Positions 28,933 through 38,780 of a stretch of 64,000 nt of DNA are shown piece by piece. Under the pieces are notes generated by a model that did not search any database, was not told the origin of the DNA, and saw only the letters and a list, made by a program, of their open reading frames with translations. Numbering within the stretch: position 1 is the stretch's first letter; each line of letters starts with the position of its first letter. A program made the position numbers and the translations under genes. Origin of the DNA: a phage. The stretch lies in the sequence record PX880103.1; one strand, 5' to 3'.

Positions 28933-29381
28933 TCAACAATCACAATTTCTAATTTAGAGGAATACGTATCTAAAATATCTTCAATAATATCCCAGTTCCC
29001 TTTACCTATGCCTGCACCAATCCTAGGCATATAGATTGTAGGTTTAATCAGTTTATTTTCACCAAACTCATTTAATTCTAACATACAATTCATTAAAGCG
29101 GAATACTCAAAATTTGGCCCTGGTTGAAATTGAGTATAAAGGTTGAAGCAATACGCTTTATGAGTCCTAAAGTATTTTTCATAGACTGAGTAAGAACCGA
29201 GTTTAGTTACATCACCCCATTCAGTCTGTAATTTATCAGCTTCCAAAATTTTAGGGAAAGCTTTGGTTAATTGACCCGCTACGCCTGAACCCATAGTATG
29301 AAAACAATTGCATCCATGCGCAATATTTTTACCTTCAGCGAAAAGGGCGACAATATCGCCCTTGATATATTTTACAATCAT
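28914..29381 (-). CDS. macro-domain protein (ADP-ribose binding/processing)
   Basis: 155 aa; GDIVALFAEGKNIAHGCNCFHTMGSGVAGQL and PRIGAGIGKGNW fit macro-domain N-terminal and C-terminal glycine-rich signatures. Confidence 0.55.
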   Translation of the reverse strand: MIVKYIKGDIVALFAEGKNIAHGCNCFHTMGSGVAGQLTKAFPKILEADKLQTEWGDVTKLGSYSVYEKYFRTHKAYCFNLYTQFQPGPNFEYSALMNCMLELNEFGENKLIKPTIYMPRIGAGIGKGNWDIIEDILDTYSSKLEIVIVDWEPLL

Positions 29382-29725
29382 CTAGTACTCAATCCTCGAT
29401 TATAAGAATCTACCAAACGGTCAACCATTGAATGACAAGCGGCTTTATCTTTCTCCTCCGCAACTGAACATTCTAAAGTATTCCACTTTTTAGCATATCG
29501 TTTTAACAATGTATAGTTTTTGTATCTGCTTGATTTATCCCTTTCTCCGTCTTTATATGCATATATTAATTTCTGTGCAAATTCAGCTTGGCATGCTTTA
29601 TTTTTCCCACAATAATCTGCCGCAGTGCGGTTTACATATTCTCTAATTTCAGTATATGATGTATCTGCTGACGCAGAAGCAGAAAATGAAATTAATCCTA
29701 TACATAAAACCAAAATTTTAGTCAT
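29378..29725 (-). CDS. vs: Vs valyl-tRNA synthetase modifier-like secreted protein
   Basis: 115 aa with N-terminal signal peptide, at the T4 vs position next to regB. Confidence 0.6.
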   Translation of the reverse strand: MTKILVLCIGLISFSASASADTSYTEIREYVNRTAADYCGKNKACQAEFAQKLIYAYKDGERDKSSRYKNYTLLKRYAKKWNTLECSVAEEKDKAACHSMVDRLVDSYNRGLSTR

Positions 29726-30263
29726 TTACTATTTCCAAAAGTTTATTATTTTTAAGGTAATTAGCCTTTTCTAGGACTTCAGAAGCATATTTAGAACCTG
29801 CTTTAACATTCCATCCCGAATTATAAGAGGATATTGCTTTTCTTATATCGCCCTTATGTATATTTAACCAATAAGAAAGTTCAATGTACGCCCAGGAAGC
29901 TGAATTGGATCGTTTATTCAACATTCTTTTTATTTCAGCATCGGTCATATTATAACCAAGTTCCTTAACTCTTGCTCGCATAGTAGGCAAATAATTTTGG
30001 AACATTCCGTAGGCGTGATGCTTTGGTTTAGATTTTAAATTAACTCCGCCAGAGCTTTCTTGCCATAAAATGGCTGCCATTATATGACCTAATCCGCTCT
30101 TGTGGATATTTTTATGTGTTTTATATTTTCCATCCTTAGAAAATTGTTCCCCGAATTGATACGCGTAACGCATGTTATCGAGTTGGACATTACTGAAAGT
30201 ATGCTCGGAGCTATGTGCCATCATTGAAATGGCCAATAGACCAGCGAGTAGTGCTTTTCTCAT
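29718..30263 (-). CDS. lytic transglycosylase-like secreted protein (vs.1-like)
   Basis: 181 aa, signal peptide, SLT-like motifs WQESSGG, YGMFQN, SYNSG. Confidence 0.5.
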   Translation of the reverse strand: MRKALLAGLLAISMMAHSSEHTFSNVQLDNMRYAYQFGEQFSKDGKYKTHKNIHKSGLGHIMAAILWQESSGGVNLKSKPKHHAYGMFQNYLPTMRARVKELGYNMTDAEIKRMLNKRSNSASWAYIELSYWLNIHKGDIRKAISSYNSGWNVKAGSKYASEVLEKANYLKNNKLLEIVND

Positions 30264-30270
30264 GCTTACC

Positions 30271-30732
30271 TCATTGAGTTTTAATTACTGCTTTAGAAGC
30301 CTTTCCTGGTAAACGACGACTGTTAATAATTGCCATCCTACATTGAAGTGACGGGTCTTTGAACTTCTCGTTAGGTTTACAAACTGTAAATCCGAGCCAA
30401 AGATTTCCATCTGTGATTTCTAAACGTCCAGGACGATATTCAACCCCATCAATAAAATCCTCGTCAATGTCAGGACGCGGAGGCATACTCAGGAATTCAT
30501 TAACTTCTAAAACATGGTCTTTTATTTTATGGAATAATTCAAAAACGTATGTCTCATCAATCTCCCGTTGAATTGCACGATCAAGAAGATGTTGAGAATA
30601 TTTTAGATGAAACGATGAGACCCCTGCTGCTTTTGATGCCTCACGAATCTCATTGTTAATTTGACGAAACTCCGACTCAAAGTGACGACGAAGCTTATTT
30701 CGACGGATAAAAACTTCAGTGTTGATAGTCAT
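30271..30732 (-). CDS. regB: RegB site-specific endoribonuclease
   Basis: 153 aa, MTINTEVFIRRNKLRRHFESEFRQINNEIREASK... matches recalled T4 RegB. Confidence 0.85.
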   Translation of the reverse strand: MTINTEVFIRRNKLRRHFESEFRQINNEIREASKAAGVSSFHLKYSQHLLDRAIQREIDETYVFELFHKIKDHVLEVNEFLSMPPRPDIDEDFIDGVEYRPGRLEITDGNLWLGFTVCKPNEKFKDPSLQCRMAIINSRRLPGKASKAVIKTQ

Positions 30733-30754
30733 GTTATTCTCCTCTTAACTGATA

Positions 30755-30789
30755 GAAAAATTATACCACAGTCAAGAGGAAAAGTAAAC
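30755..30789 (-). promoter_or_regulatory. T4-type early promoter candidate upstream of regB
   Basis: Minus strand GTTTAC ... TGGTATAAT. Confidence 0.45.
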
Positions 30790-30791
30790 AG

Positions 30792-31070
30792 TTATTCTTT
30801 AAATCTAATCAATTTATTCATAGACTTTGAAACTTCTGCACGGACCTCATGTAGGTTTTTAAGTTGTTCAAGACGTTGCTCATAGTAAGCAATTTCATCT
30901 TCTTCGAGACAGTCCTGCGAATCTTCTTTAAGATACCGTGCATAGTCCTGGAAAGCGTTACGGACTACTTCCTGGAAGTCATCAAGACTTTGAATTTTCT
31001 TAGGAGCAACAGATACACGACGAGGGGCAGTATAATACTCGTAACCAAACCCTGCGCTTAATTGAGCCAT
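30792..31070 (-). CDS. hypothetical protein (vs.x-like)
   Basis: 92 aa from ATG ([13 protein letters not shown]...); ATG overlaps upstream stop. Confidence 0.4.
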   Translation of the reverse strand: MAQLSAGFGYEYYTAPRRVSVAPKKIQSLDDFQEVVRNAFQDYARYLKEDSQDCLEEDEIAYYEQRLEQLKNLHEVRAEVSKSMNKLIRFKE

Positions 31071-31372
31071 TAGTATTTTTCCTCTGGTTGGAACACTGCA
31101 CGACAAGCCCACATACTGGCTTCTTTGAGTTTCGTTTTAGCAATAGTTAACTGATCGAGGCTTTCAGCATAATTCTTCGCGAATTCACAGTCTTCACAAT
31201 TATCTAGTGCTTCCCAGAATTCATCATATAAAGCATCAAAGATAAGTCCTAAACGAACTTCAGCGTCTTTGATAGCATTTACTTTACCGATTTTCTCTTC
31301 AGTATGTGGCTTATAACCCTTAATATCTTCAATCATATTTGACTTCCTCACCAGTACATAAATCATATTCAA
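31070..31372 (-). CDS. hypothetical protein (vs.x-like)
   Basis: 100 aa acidic ORF. Confidence 0.4.
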   Translation of the reverse strand: MNMIYVLVRKSNMIEDIKGYKPHTEEKIGKVNAIKDAEVRLGLIFDALYDEFWEALDNCEDCEFAKNYAESLDQLTIAKTKLKEASMWACRAVFQPEEKY

Positions 31373-31550
31373 CTAAACGAATGGGTTCATGAATGCCATA
31401 TCCCTGAACAGAAATTTCTGTTGTAGGATAAATTCCATCAATATCACCCATATTCCACGCTTCATTAAATTGCTGTTCGCCTGAATTACTAAACCACTCG
31501 GCGAAAGCATTTAGCACATCTTCAGAACCTTCAATAATTATCTTTGCCAT
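31329..31550 (-). CDS. hypothetical protein (vs.x-like)
   Basis: 73 aa acidic ORF. Confidence 0.35.
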   Translation of the reverse strand: MAKIIIEGSEDVLNAFAEWFSNSGEQQFNEAWNMGDIDGIYPTTEISVQGYGIHEPIRLVEYDLCTGEEVKYD

Positions 31551-31912
31551 TACAAACTCTCGGTAAAGGTACGAGCGATAACGTCGCGCTGCTGTTCCGG
31601 AGTCAGAGAGTTAAAGCGAACTGCATAACCGGATACACGGATGGTCAGCTGCGGATATTTTTCCGGATGCTTAACTGCATCTTCCAGAGTTTCACGACGC
31701 AGAACGTTAACGTTCAGGTGTTGACCACCTTCAATTTTAACTGTAGGTTGTGTTTCAATTTCAATTTCACGGGCATGCAAACCATAGAAAATTTCTGGGT
31801 CTACAAAAGAGTCCTCTTTAAAGGTTTTAGAAACAATAATTCGCGCTTGAATACCATCTTCAAAATAAATAGTACCTTTATGCGTGCCTTCAAGAATTTG
31901 ATATGCTTTCAT
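31550..31912 (-). CDS. autonomous glycyl radical cofactor GrcA/YfiD-like protein
   Basis: 120 aa; C-terminal ~60 aa [61 protein letters not shown] with glycyl radical motif RVSGYA, matching recalled E. coli GrcA C-terminus. Confidence 0.75.
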   Translation of the reverse strand: MKAYQILEGTHKGTIYFEDGIQARIIVSKTFKEDSFVDPEIFYGLHAREIEIETQPTVKIEGGQHLNVNVLRRETLEDAVKHPEKYPQLTIRVSGYAVRFNSLTPEQQRDVIARTFTESL

Positions 31913-31918
31913 ATAACC

Positions 31919-32248
31919 TCAATTAGAAAATAAATTTATCCAAGATTGTTCTTTAATTAAAAATGGCTCAGAATCATATGCCATTAAACTTTGGGTGATT
32001 AGTCCTTTAAAAGGCCCATCAATAAATTCCATGGTAAAATATGGAATTTTATTCATTAACTTTGCATTAGGAGCAGTACACAAAACTCTACATCCTTTGA
32101 ATACACCTTTTTGTAATTTGTATTGCTTAGGATAAAATTCGCTCAAGACGTTGTTATTTGCCAAAATTTCAAAATGATTCACCAATTTATTTTTAATAGT
32201 TTTTGGCGAAAAATAAAGATATTCGAAAAGTTGTGTGTCTGTCATCAT
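31919..32248 (-). CDS. hypothetical protein
   Basis: 109 aa ORF. Confidence 0.4.
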   Translation of the reverse strand: MMTDTQLFEYLYFSPKTIKNKLVNHFEILANNNVLSEFYPKQYKLQKGVFKGCRVLCTAPNAKLMNKIPYFTMEFIDGPFKGLITQSLMAYDSEPFLIKEQSWINLFSN

Positions 32249-32832
32249 TGCATTCCAATTACGAAAAACTGTGGACGAGTAATACCATCAATGCAACATT
32301 TACTGTTGCAGCAGTGTTGTACAGTTTCAATATGAATATCGTAAATTTTATCCATATCAGGAGATTTAACAGGCTCATCGATTATATACAAAATCCGCGA
32401 AAGCGATAAACCTCTGAACTTGCTACCTCTATTACCAACAAAACTACGGACAGAATCAGTAAATAAACGGAATCGAATATCATCGCTAGAATAACGAGAA
32501 AATTCTTTTTTAATGTTGCCAGCAGAAATTTTAGCATAAGCTGAAGTATTAGAAAGAACAATAACTGTTCCGCCGTCATACAGCCAATTAGCAGCGAAGT
32601 TAGTCACAGCAGTTGATTTACCAGATTGACGTCCACCATCTAGTCGAAGTGTGCAATACTGCTTAAGTAAGTCTTCAAATGGCGGGATATAATCATTTTT
32701 ACAAATTTCTTCTACTCTAGCATCAGAATGGTGTGTAAAAGCATTCATCAGGGATAGATAAGGACCAGTTAAAAATGTTCTCATTTTGTTCTCTCTAAAT
32801 TTGGGCCATTCCGTGGCGCATGAATTGTCCAT
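32245..32832 (-). CDS. small P-loop NTPase
   Basis: Walker A GGRQSGKST, Walker B-like ILYIIDE; start uncertain (internal ATG MRTFLTG possible). Confidence 0.45.
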   Translation of the reverse strand: MDNSCATEWPKFRENKMRTFLTGPYLSLMNAFTHHSDARVEEICKNDYIPPFEDLLKQYCTLRLDGGRQSGKSTAVTNFAANWLYDGGTVIVLSNTSAYAKISAGNIKKEFSRYSSDDIRFRLFTDSVRSFVGNRGSKFRGLSLSRILYIIDEPVKSPDMDKIYDIHIETVQHCCNSKCCIDGITRPQFFVIGMQ

Positions 32833-33017
32833 TTCTGTATTTACCCATTACCGCACTTGGGCTCGACCTTATTACAGGTTGGCGGGAATCCCTCACAGAA
32901 TCATGAGGTCCAGCTTGTTCCCATGTTATTTGAATGTAAATATTTTTGCCTTAATACTTATACCAGTGTGGCTTCATTAAAATTTTTTCATCGAGTCATT
33001 TTACCTCTCCAAGTAAT

Positions 33018-33053
33018 TATGAATATACTATCACAATTTTAGGAGAAAGTAAA
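33018..33053 (-). promoter_or_regulatory. T4-type early promoter candidate
   Basis: Minus strand GTTTAC-N18-TAGTATAT; near-identical copy at 34362-34397. Confidence 0.4.
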
Positions 33054-33056
33054 CTG

Positions 33057-33359
33057 TTATTTACCTTTAATTACTTTAGCTGCTTCGATAGCCGCTTGCT
33101 GAAGGTCATCCATAGACATACCGAATTTAGAAGCAAAGTTATCAATTTTCTTTTCGACAGCATTCAAAGGCTTGGCCTGTTTACCTTCATTAGCGCCAGG
33201 AAGAGCGAGAATACGCTCTTTGTCAATATAAAGGCTTACAAGTTTCTTACGGTCTTTATCGGACAAATCATGAAATGAATGGGCCTTTTTATTTATAGCG
33301 GCTTCTAATTTACCTGCACTCACTCGCGCTTCAGTAATAAATTCTTGATATGTTTTCAT
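33057..33359 (-). CDS. ipII: internal protein II-like (capsid-targeted)
   Basis: 100 aa, N-terminal capsid targeting sequence MKTYQEFITE with ITE protease site. Confidence 0.6.
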   Translation of the reverse strand: MKTYQEFITEARVSAGKLEAAINKKAHSFHDLSDKDRKKLVSLYIDKERILALPGANEGKQAKPLNAVEKKIDNFASKFGMSMDDLQQAAIEAAKVIKGK

Positions 33360-33400
33360 ATGTTTCCTTTAAATGTAAATAGGCCTAAGTATCGGCCTTA

Positions 33401-33979
33401 TTAATTACCACGGGCTGCATTAGCAACGGCATAAGCGTACTGAACATTAGCGTCCTTAAACGTACCTTTAGAGGTATCTATTTCTGCCTTAAAGCCGCCT
33501 TTAGCCATAACATCGGCAAATTCTTTACGGAAAGCCATTGCATCAAGACCTTTCCATGATGATTTGTGCTTGGCGAATTCAAGACCAGCGTAGTTGACAG
33601 CCTTAGCTAATTTATTATCAATGACCCATTTACCGGCTTTAGGCACAAACTTCGGACCTTTTTGTTTAGAGAACAGTTTTAAATTCCAGCGACGAAGATC
33701 ACTGTCGGCTTTAACAAAAGCTGCGTCTAAGTTACTAGCAACAACATCTTCAATATGAGCAAATTTAAGTCCGTCAACTTCAATATTTAAATCGGTACGC
33801 CAGCGAAGTCCTTCCCAAGCGAAAGCTTTAAAATCGGAAGCTTTTGTAGCTAAGTATCGTTCAATAGGGGCTGTTTTAGGGTCAAAGCCGTTTCCACCAC
33901 GATAGTTCCACTCATCTTTATTAATGCCTTTGGCCTTTACTACAGAAGCTTCAGCGATAAATTCTTTATACGTTTTCAT
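33401..33979 (-). CDS. ipIII: internal protein III-like (capsid-targeted)
   Basis: 192 aa, N-terminal MKTYKEFIAE CTS. Confidence 0.6.
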   Translation of the reverse strand: MKTYKEFIAEASVVKAKGINKDEWNYRGGNGFDPKTAPIERYLATKASDFKAFAWEGLRWRTDLNIEVDGLKFAHIEDVVASNLDAAFVKADSDLRRWNLKLFSKQKGPKFVPKAGKWVIDNKLAKAVNYAGLEFAKHKSSWKGLDAMAFRKEFADVMAKGGFKAEIDTSKGTFKDANVQYAYAVANAARGN

Positions 33980-33995
33980 GTGTTTCCTTTAATTT

Positions 33996-34313
33996 TTATT
34001 CTTTAGGGAAGTTTTTAGAATATGCATCATAAAGCTTATTTCCAATACGGCGGAAAACTCTAGCCGCAAAACGATTTTCTGGGTTTTTAATCATGATTTG
34101 CATCATATAAGTACCCGCGTCAGAAAGAGCTTCTTCATAGTACCCGTTAATTTCTTTAAGAGTCCTACGTTTACCACCAGGACCATCAACAGTGATTTTC
34201 CATTTACCCGTAGAAGTGCGACTTGGCGGCTCAACTTGTTCAATCCAGATATAACCGCCTTCTACACGTTGTCCTGCAGCAGATTCTGCAATAAATTCTT
34301 GATATGTTTTCAT
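33996..34313 (-). CDS. additional CTS-bearing internal-protein candidate
   Basis: 105 aa, N-terminal MKTYQEFIAE CTS; lies between e and ipIII. Confidence 0.5.
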   Translation of the reverse strand: MKTYQEFIAESAAGQRVEGGYIWIEQVEPPSRTSTGKWKITVDGPGGKRRTLKEINGYYEEALSDAGTYMMQIMIKNPENRFAARVFRRIGNKLYDAYSKNFPKE

Positions 34314-34361
34314 GTGTTTCCTTTAAATATTTTAATTAGTAATTTATCTATTCAAGTAACT

Positions 34362-34397
34362 GTGAATATACTATCACAATTCCAAGAGAAAGTAAAC
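34362..34397 (-). promoter_or_regulatory. T4-type early promoter candidate
   Basis: Minus strand GCTGTTTACTTTCTCTTGGAATTGTGATAGTATATTCAC. Confidence 0.4.
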
Positions 34398-34401
34398 AGC
34401 T

Positions 34402-35370
<969 letters not shown>

Positions 35371-35389
<19 letters not shown>

Positions 35390-35733
35390 TCACTCACAAA
35401 CTCTTTCATTGACTCATTTTCAATATAAGACATGTAGCTATTATATTCCTTTAATTGTATTTTGTAATCCTTTTTTCTTTGCCAATTTATTTTAAAATTA
35501 TCATAATGAAAATATAAAATGATACCAAAGAATGAAAACAATGAAATAATTTTAGTATAACAAAGCTCACTCCAAACTTCTGTTATATTTACTGTGCCGT
35601 CGATGTTTAAAATAAGACAGTCAATTAACAATCCAAAAAGACTACCCGCAAGAGCTGCAGCCAACGCCACAGCAAAAATTAAAAATGACTCAGGAAACGA
35701 ATATTTGACTTTATTTAGTTTTGGCTTTTGCAT
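35371..35733 (-). CDS. membrane protein (e.x-like)
   Basis: 120 aa, two hydrophobic helices. Confidence 0.4.
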
Positions 35734-36128
35734 CGTGATTCCTTAACAAATTTCATAATTTCATCAAATTCATACGCAGCAAGTTTAAGCTGATGTTCCT
35801 TTTTAATCTTTTTACACTGTGCTTTCCAATCACATACGCGTTTACGATAATGTCTTCCTTGATACCAGTATCCTACCCAATTTACGGGTACTAATAAAAG
35901 TGGAACTATTAATGGAAGAATTAGCATTAACACAAGTATTTCGCCAGAATCAATATCAGTCATAACATCTAAAACACCTCCAATAATCAATAGAATTACA
36001 AATGATATAAGTATAACAGGACCTATTAATACATCAGTAGAAATTATCTGACGCTTTAATTCATACTTCAACGGTTTACTTGGAAGGTATAGTGATGGTT
36101 TTGACATATTCTCTACATTCCTTAACAA
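35715..36128 (-). CDS. membrane protein (e.x-like)
   Basis: 137 aa, two hydrophobic helices. Confidence 0.4.
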   Translation of the reverse strand: MLRNVENMSKPSLYLPSKPLKYELKRQIISTDVLIGPVILISFVILLIIGGVLDVMTDIDSGEILVLMLILPLIVPLLLVPVNWVGYWYQGRHYRKRVCDWKAQCKKIKKEHQLKLAAYEFDEIMKFVKESRCKSQN

Positions 36129-36684
36129 ATTTTTCTAGTAATAAATCACTTTCAAAATTAGGATTTTCCACTAATTTATCAAAAAGATCATCAACAATAT
36201 TCAAGATATTTCTTTTACTAAGAATACGTTTATTTTCATGCTTCGTTTCAGAATCAACTATAAGAGTAAAGAAATATTTCTTTCCCTGAAATTTTACTGT
36301 AGTATCAATATAGAATAAATTTGACTTTTGTAAATTACGTTTAAACCATGCGTCACTTAAACTATAAACACCGAGATAATCAAAATCGTCGTTTAAATAA
36401 CATACTGTCCATTCAGGAGAAATGAAATCAGTAAATTCAACATCAAAATCACATGTCAATGAATAAATTGATTCAATACTGTTAATAAGTATTCCAGGAC
36501 GTATTAAAGACTTTTTACCTCTGGAAAATCTTCCAGAAAGACTTTCATCAGTTTCATATGAAGAACCCCAATAATAATTACGTCCTTCTGCCATACGTTT
36601 AAGAGCATTTAATAATTGGTCTGGAACATCAACCTGTCTTTGGAACTCTTCAAACATTGAATTGAAATCACTTTGCATTTTCAT
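36076..36684 (-). CDS. hypothetical protein (e.x-like)
   Basis: 202 aa ORF. Confidence 0.4.
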   Translation of the reverse strand: MKMQSDFNSMFEEFQRQVDVPDQLLNALKRMAEGRNYYWGSSYETDESLSGRFSRGKKSLIRPGILINSIESIYSLTCDFDVEFTDFISPEWTVCYLNDDFDYLGVYSLSDAWFKRNLQKSNLFYIDTTVKFQGKKYFFTLIVDSETKHENKRILSKRNILNIVDDLFDKLVENPNFESDLLLEKFVKECREYVKTITIPSK

Positions 36685-36704
36685 TCCTATTTACTCCAAG
36701 TAAT

Positions 36705-36720
36705 AGGGGCCGAAGCCCCT
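36705..36720 (-). terminator. stem-loop with UUCG tetraloop
   Basis: AGGGGC-CGAA-GCCCCT after ORF 36726-37319. Confidence 0.45.
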
Positions 36721-36725
36721 TATCA

Positions 36726-37319
36726 TTATTTCAGAGAATTAATGTATTCCTGAACATCGGCAGAGGTAGTTTCAACCCCAGAAATATTACCATTAAAGGT
36801 TTCAACTCGAGCAAGAGTATCTTCAATATCAACCTTAGTCAGCGCTGCAATTTCAACTACATCATCGGCAGTACTAATTCCAAGGGCATTTGCTGCACGA
36901 GTTTCACGGATATATTCCAATTTAACTGCAAGTTCTTGGCGAGCATCATCTAACTCAACTACTTTCTTAGCGATTTCAATTCGCATTTCAGCATACCCAT
37001 CAGCTTTAGTAGTCAGCTGTTCAGCTGTTCGACGATATAGCAAACCGAGTTTAGCATGCATTGTTACATCTTGACCTTCGGAAAGAAGCTTGCGAATTTC
37101 ACGCTCTTTTGATTCGGCCTGTTTATTCTTTTCAATAACAAGTTCACGAATACGTTTTTCTTCATTAATAGATTTAATAGAAGCAGTTTTTAGATCTTTA
37201 ATTTTATCAAGTAGTTTTGCTGCCGCAGCAGTATACTGTTCTTCAACAGATAGATTTTTAGCCATAGCAGAACCGAGTTTAGTGCGAATAAACTCAACAA
37301 TTTTCTTCAGTGTGTTCAT
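36726..37319 (-). CDS. coiled-coil protein (e.x-like)
   Basis: 197 aa, largely helical/coiled-coil composition. Confidence 0.4.
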   Translation of the reverse strand: MNTLKKIVEFIRTKLGSAMAKNLSVEEQYTAAAAKLLDKIKDLKTASIKSINEEKRIRELVIEKNKQAESKEREIRKLLSEGQDVTMHAKLGLLYRRTAEQLTTKADGYAEMRIEIAKKVVELDDARQELAVKLEYIRETRAANALGISTADDVVEIAALTKVDIEDTLARVETFNGNISGVETTSADVQEYINSLK

Positions 37320-37362
37320 AGTATTTCCTTAGGTTAATTAAGATTTAAAATCCATGAGAGTA

Positions 37363-37539
37363 TTATACTCCGGATAGTTTGTAAACTATTTCAACATCGC
37401 CTTTTGCTGCTTTATAACCTTCAGCCCAAGATACAACCGAGTTTTTATCTGAAGATTCAAATTCTGGCATTGGGCTTTCTCCAATGTTCACGCAGTATGT
37501 TTCTTCATTTTCGTCGAACCAAATAATTAAAGTAGTCAT
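37363..37539 (-). CDS. small hypothetical protein
   Basis: 58 aa ATG ORF (MTTLIIWFDENEETY...), below ORF-track cutoff. Confidence 0.25.
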   Translation of the reverse strand: MTTLIIWFDENEETYCVNIGESPMPEFESSDKNSVVSWAEGYKAAKGDVEIVYKLSGV

Positions 37540-37607
37540 TTATTTCTCCGTTTCTGTATTTGTTTTGATAAGTCTATAATAACACCGTCCTTGGTGTTTG
37601 TACACAA

Positions 37608-37883
37608 TTATTTCATATTATTGAAATATTCTTCTGCGATTTCGTCATTATCATGGTAAACTTTAGAAGACAGTTTAACATAACCTTCTGCCGTGAACAT
37701 ATTAATCACAACCTTTACAGTATACCACTGACCATCTTCATTACCCATTACTGCGTAAGTTTCAAACATCGGATGGTCAGGACCGATAACTTTAATATCA
37801 TTCACTGTACGACCAAAATCTTCTGAAACGCATTTCATAAAGAAGTTGAACAGTTCGCCGTAATTATCCATTTTATTCTCCAA
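37608..37883 (-). CDS. hypothetical protein (e.x-like)
   Basis: 91 aa ORF with early-promoter motif upstream. Confidence 0.4.
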   Translation of the reverse strand: MENKMDNYGELFNFFMKCVSEDFGRTVNDIKVIGPDHPMFETYAVMGNEDGQWYTVKVVINMFTAEGYVKLSSKVYHDNDEIAEEYFNNMK

Positions 37884-37907
37884 GTTGTTTTCTGTATCAG
37901 TAGTTGA

Positions 37908-37944
37908 TAGTTTTATAGTACCATGGAAGAACAGGGATGTAAAC
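37908..37944 (-). promoter_or_regulatory. T4-type early promoter candidate (repeated cassette)
   Basis: Minus strand AAAACTGTTTAC ... TGGTACTATAAAACTATCAAC. Confidence 0.45.
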
Positions 37945-38100
37945 AGTTTTGTGAAAAATTTTTAGGGAATTCTAGGGGCAGGGAGGGGCAATTAAAAGAT
38001 AGGATAATATATTATAAAGGGTATAAACTAAATGATGCCTAGAGAGGTCTGGAAAGGCCTAGATACCAAAAATCCCTATCATTTAGATAGGGATTTAAAA

Positions 38101-38664
38101 TTATTTACCTAGTTTAGTTATTATAGCTTCGGCAGCAGCTTTTAGCTTAGATGCAGTGTTAATACGATTTTTAATTTCAGTATAAGCATCGCCAAGAACA
38201 TCAAGGCTATCAGAATAAACACTTACACTATTGCGTTCGCTATTTGAAATAGAACCTTTAGTTTTACGATCAAAATCAGTGTACACATCTTGAAGATCGC
38301 GGGCTGCCTTCTTTGCATCATCTAACGCATCAAGAGCTTTATTCAAAGCATTGACATATTTTTTAGTATCAAACATATTCTTAGAAATTTTGACAGGTGC
38401 GCGTTCAGGAGTAGCTAAGGCAGATTTAGGAACCTGAGCGCCTGATGCTAATTTCTTAGAAATTTTGAAAAATGCTTTATTGAATTTATTTTCTTGACTC
38501 ATCGTAAAAGAACTATTATCAATGTTATACATTTCAATAGCTTTAGCTTTCCACTTAAGAAAATCGCCACGGTCTTTTGGGTCCAATTGGAAGAATACTT
38601 TAGTAAGATCTGCTTCAGATGGTAATTTTGCTGCTTCGGTTAAAAATTCGGCATAGGTTTTCAT
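38101..38664 (-). CDS. CTS-bearing protein (e.8-like), possible internal protein
   Basis: 187 aa, N-terminus MKTYAEFLTEAAKL resembles capsid targeting sequence. Confidence 0.45.
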   Translation of the reverse strand: MKTYAEFLTEAAKLPSEADLTKVFFQLDPKDRGDFLKWKAKAIEMYNIDNSSFTMSQENKFNKAFFKISKKLASGAQVPKSALATPERAPVKISKNMFDTKKYVNALNKALDALDDAKKAARDLQDVYTDFDRKTKGSISNSERNSVSVYSDSLDVLGDAYTEIKNRINTASKLKAAAEAIITKLGK

Positions 38665-38751
38665 TTAAAATCCTTGAAATAATTTATCGGTTGGTTATTA
38701 ATTATTTATTACTTTGTTATTATCCGTAACAGCATTCTCTATGTGATTCAA

Positions 38752-38780
38752 ACTAAAAAGCCCCAACCTTTCGGTCGGGG
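38752..38780 (-). terminator. rho-independent terminator downstream of tRNA region
   Basis: Minus strand CCCCGACC-GAAA-GGTTGGGG followed by CTTTTTAGTTT. Confidence 0.55.
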
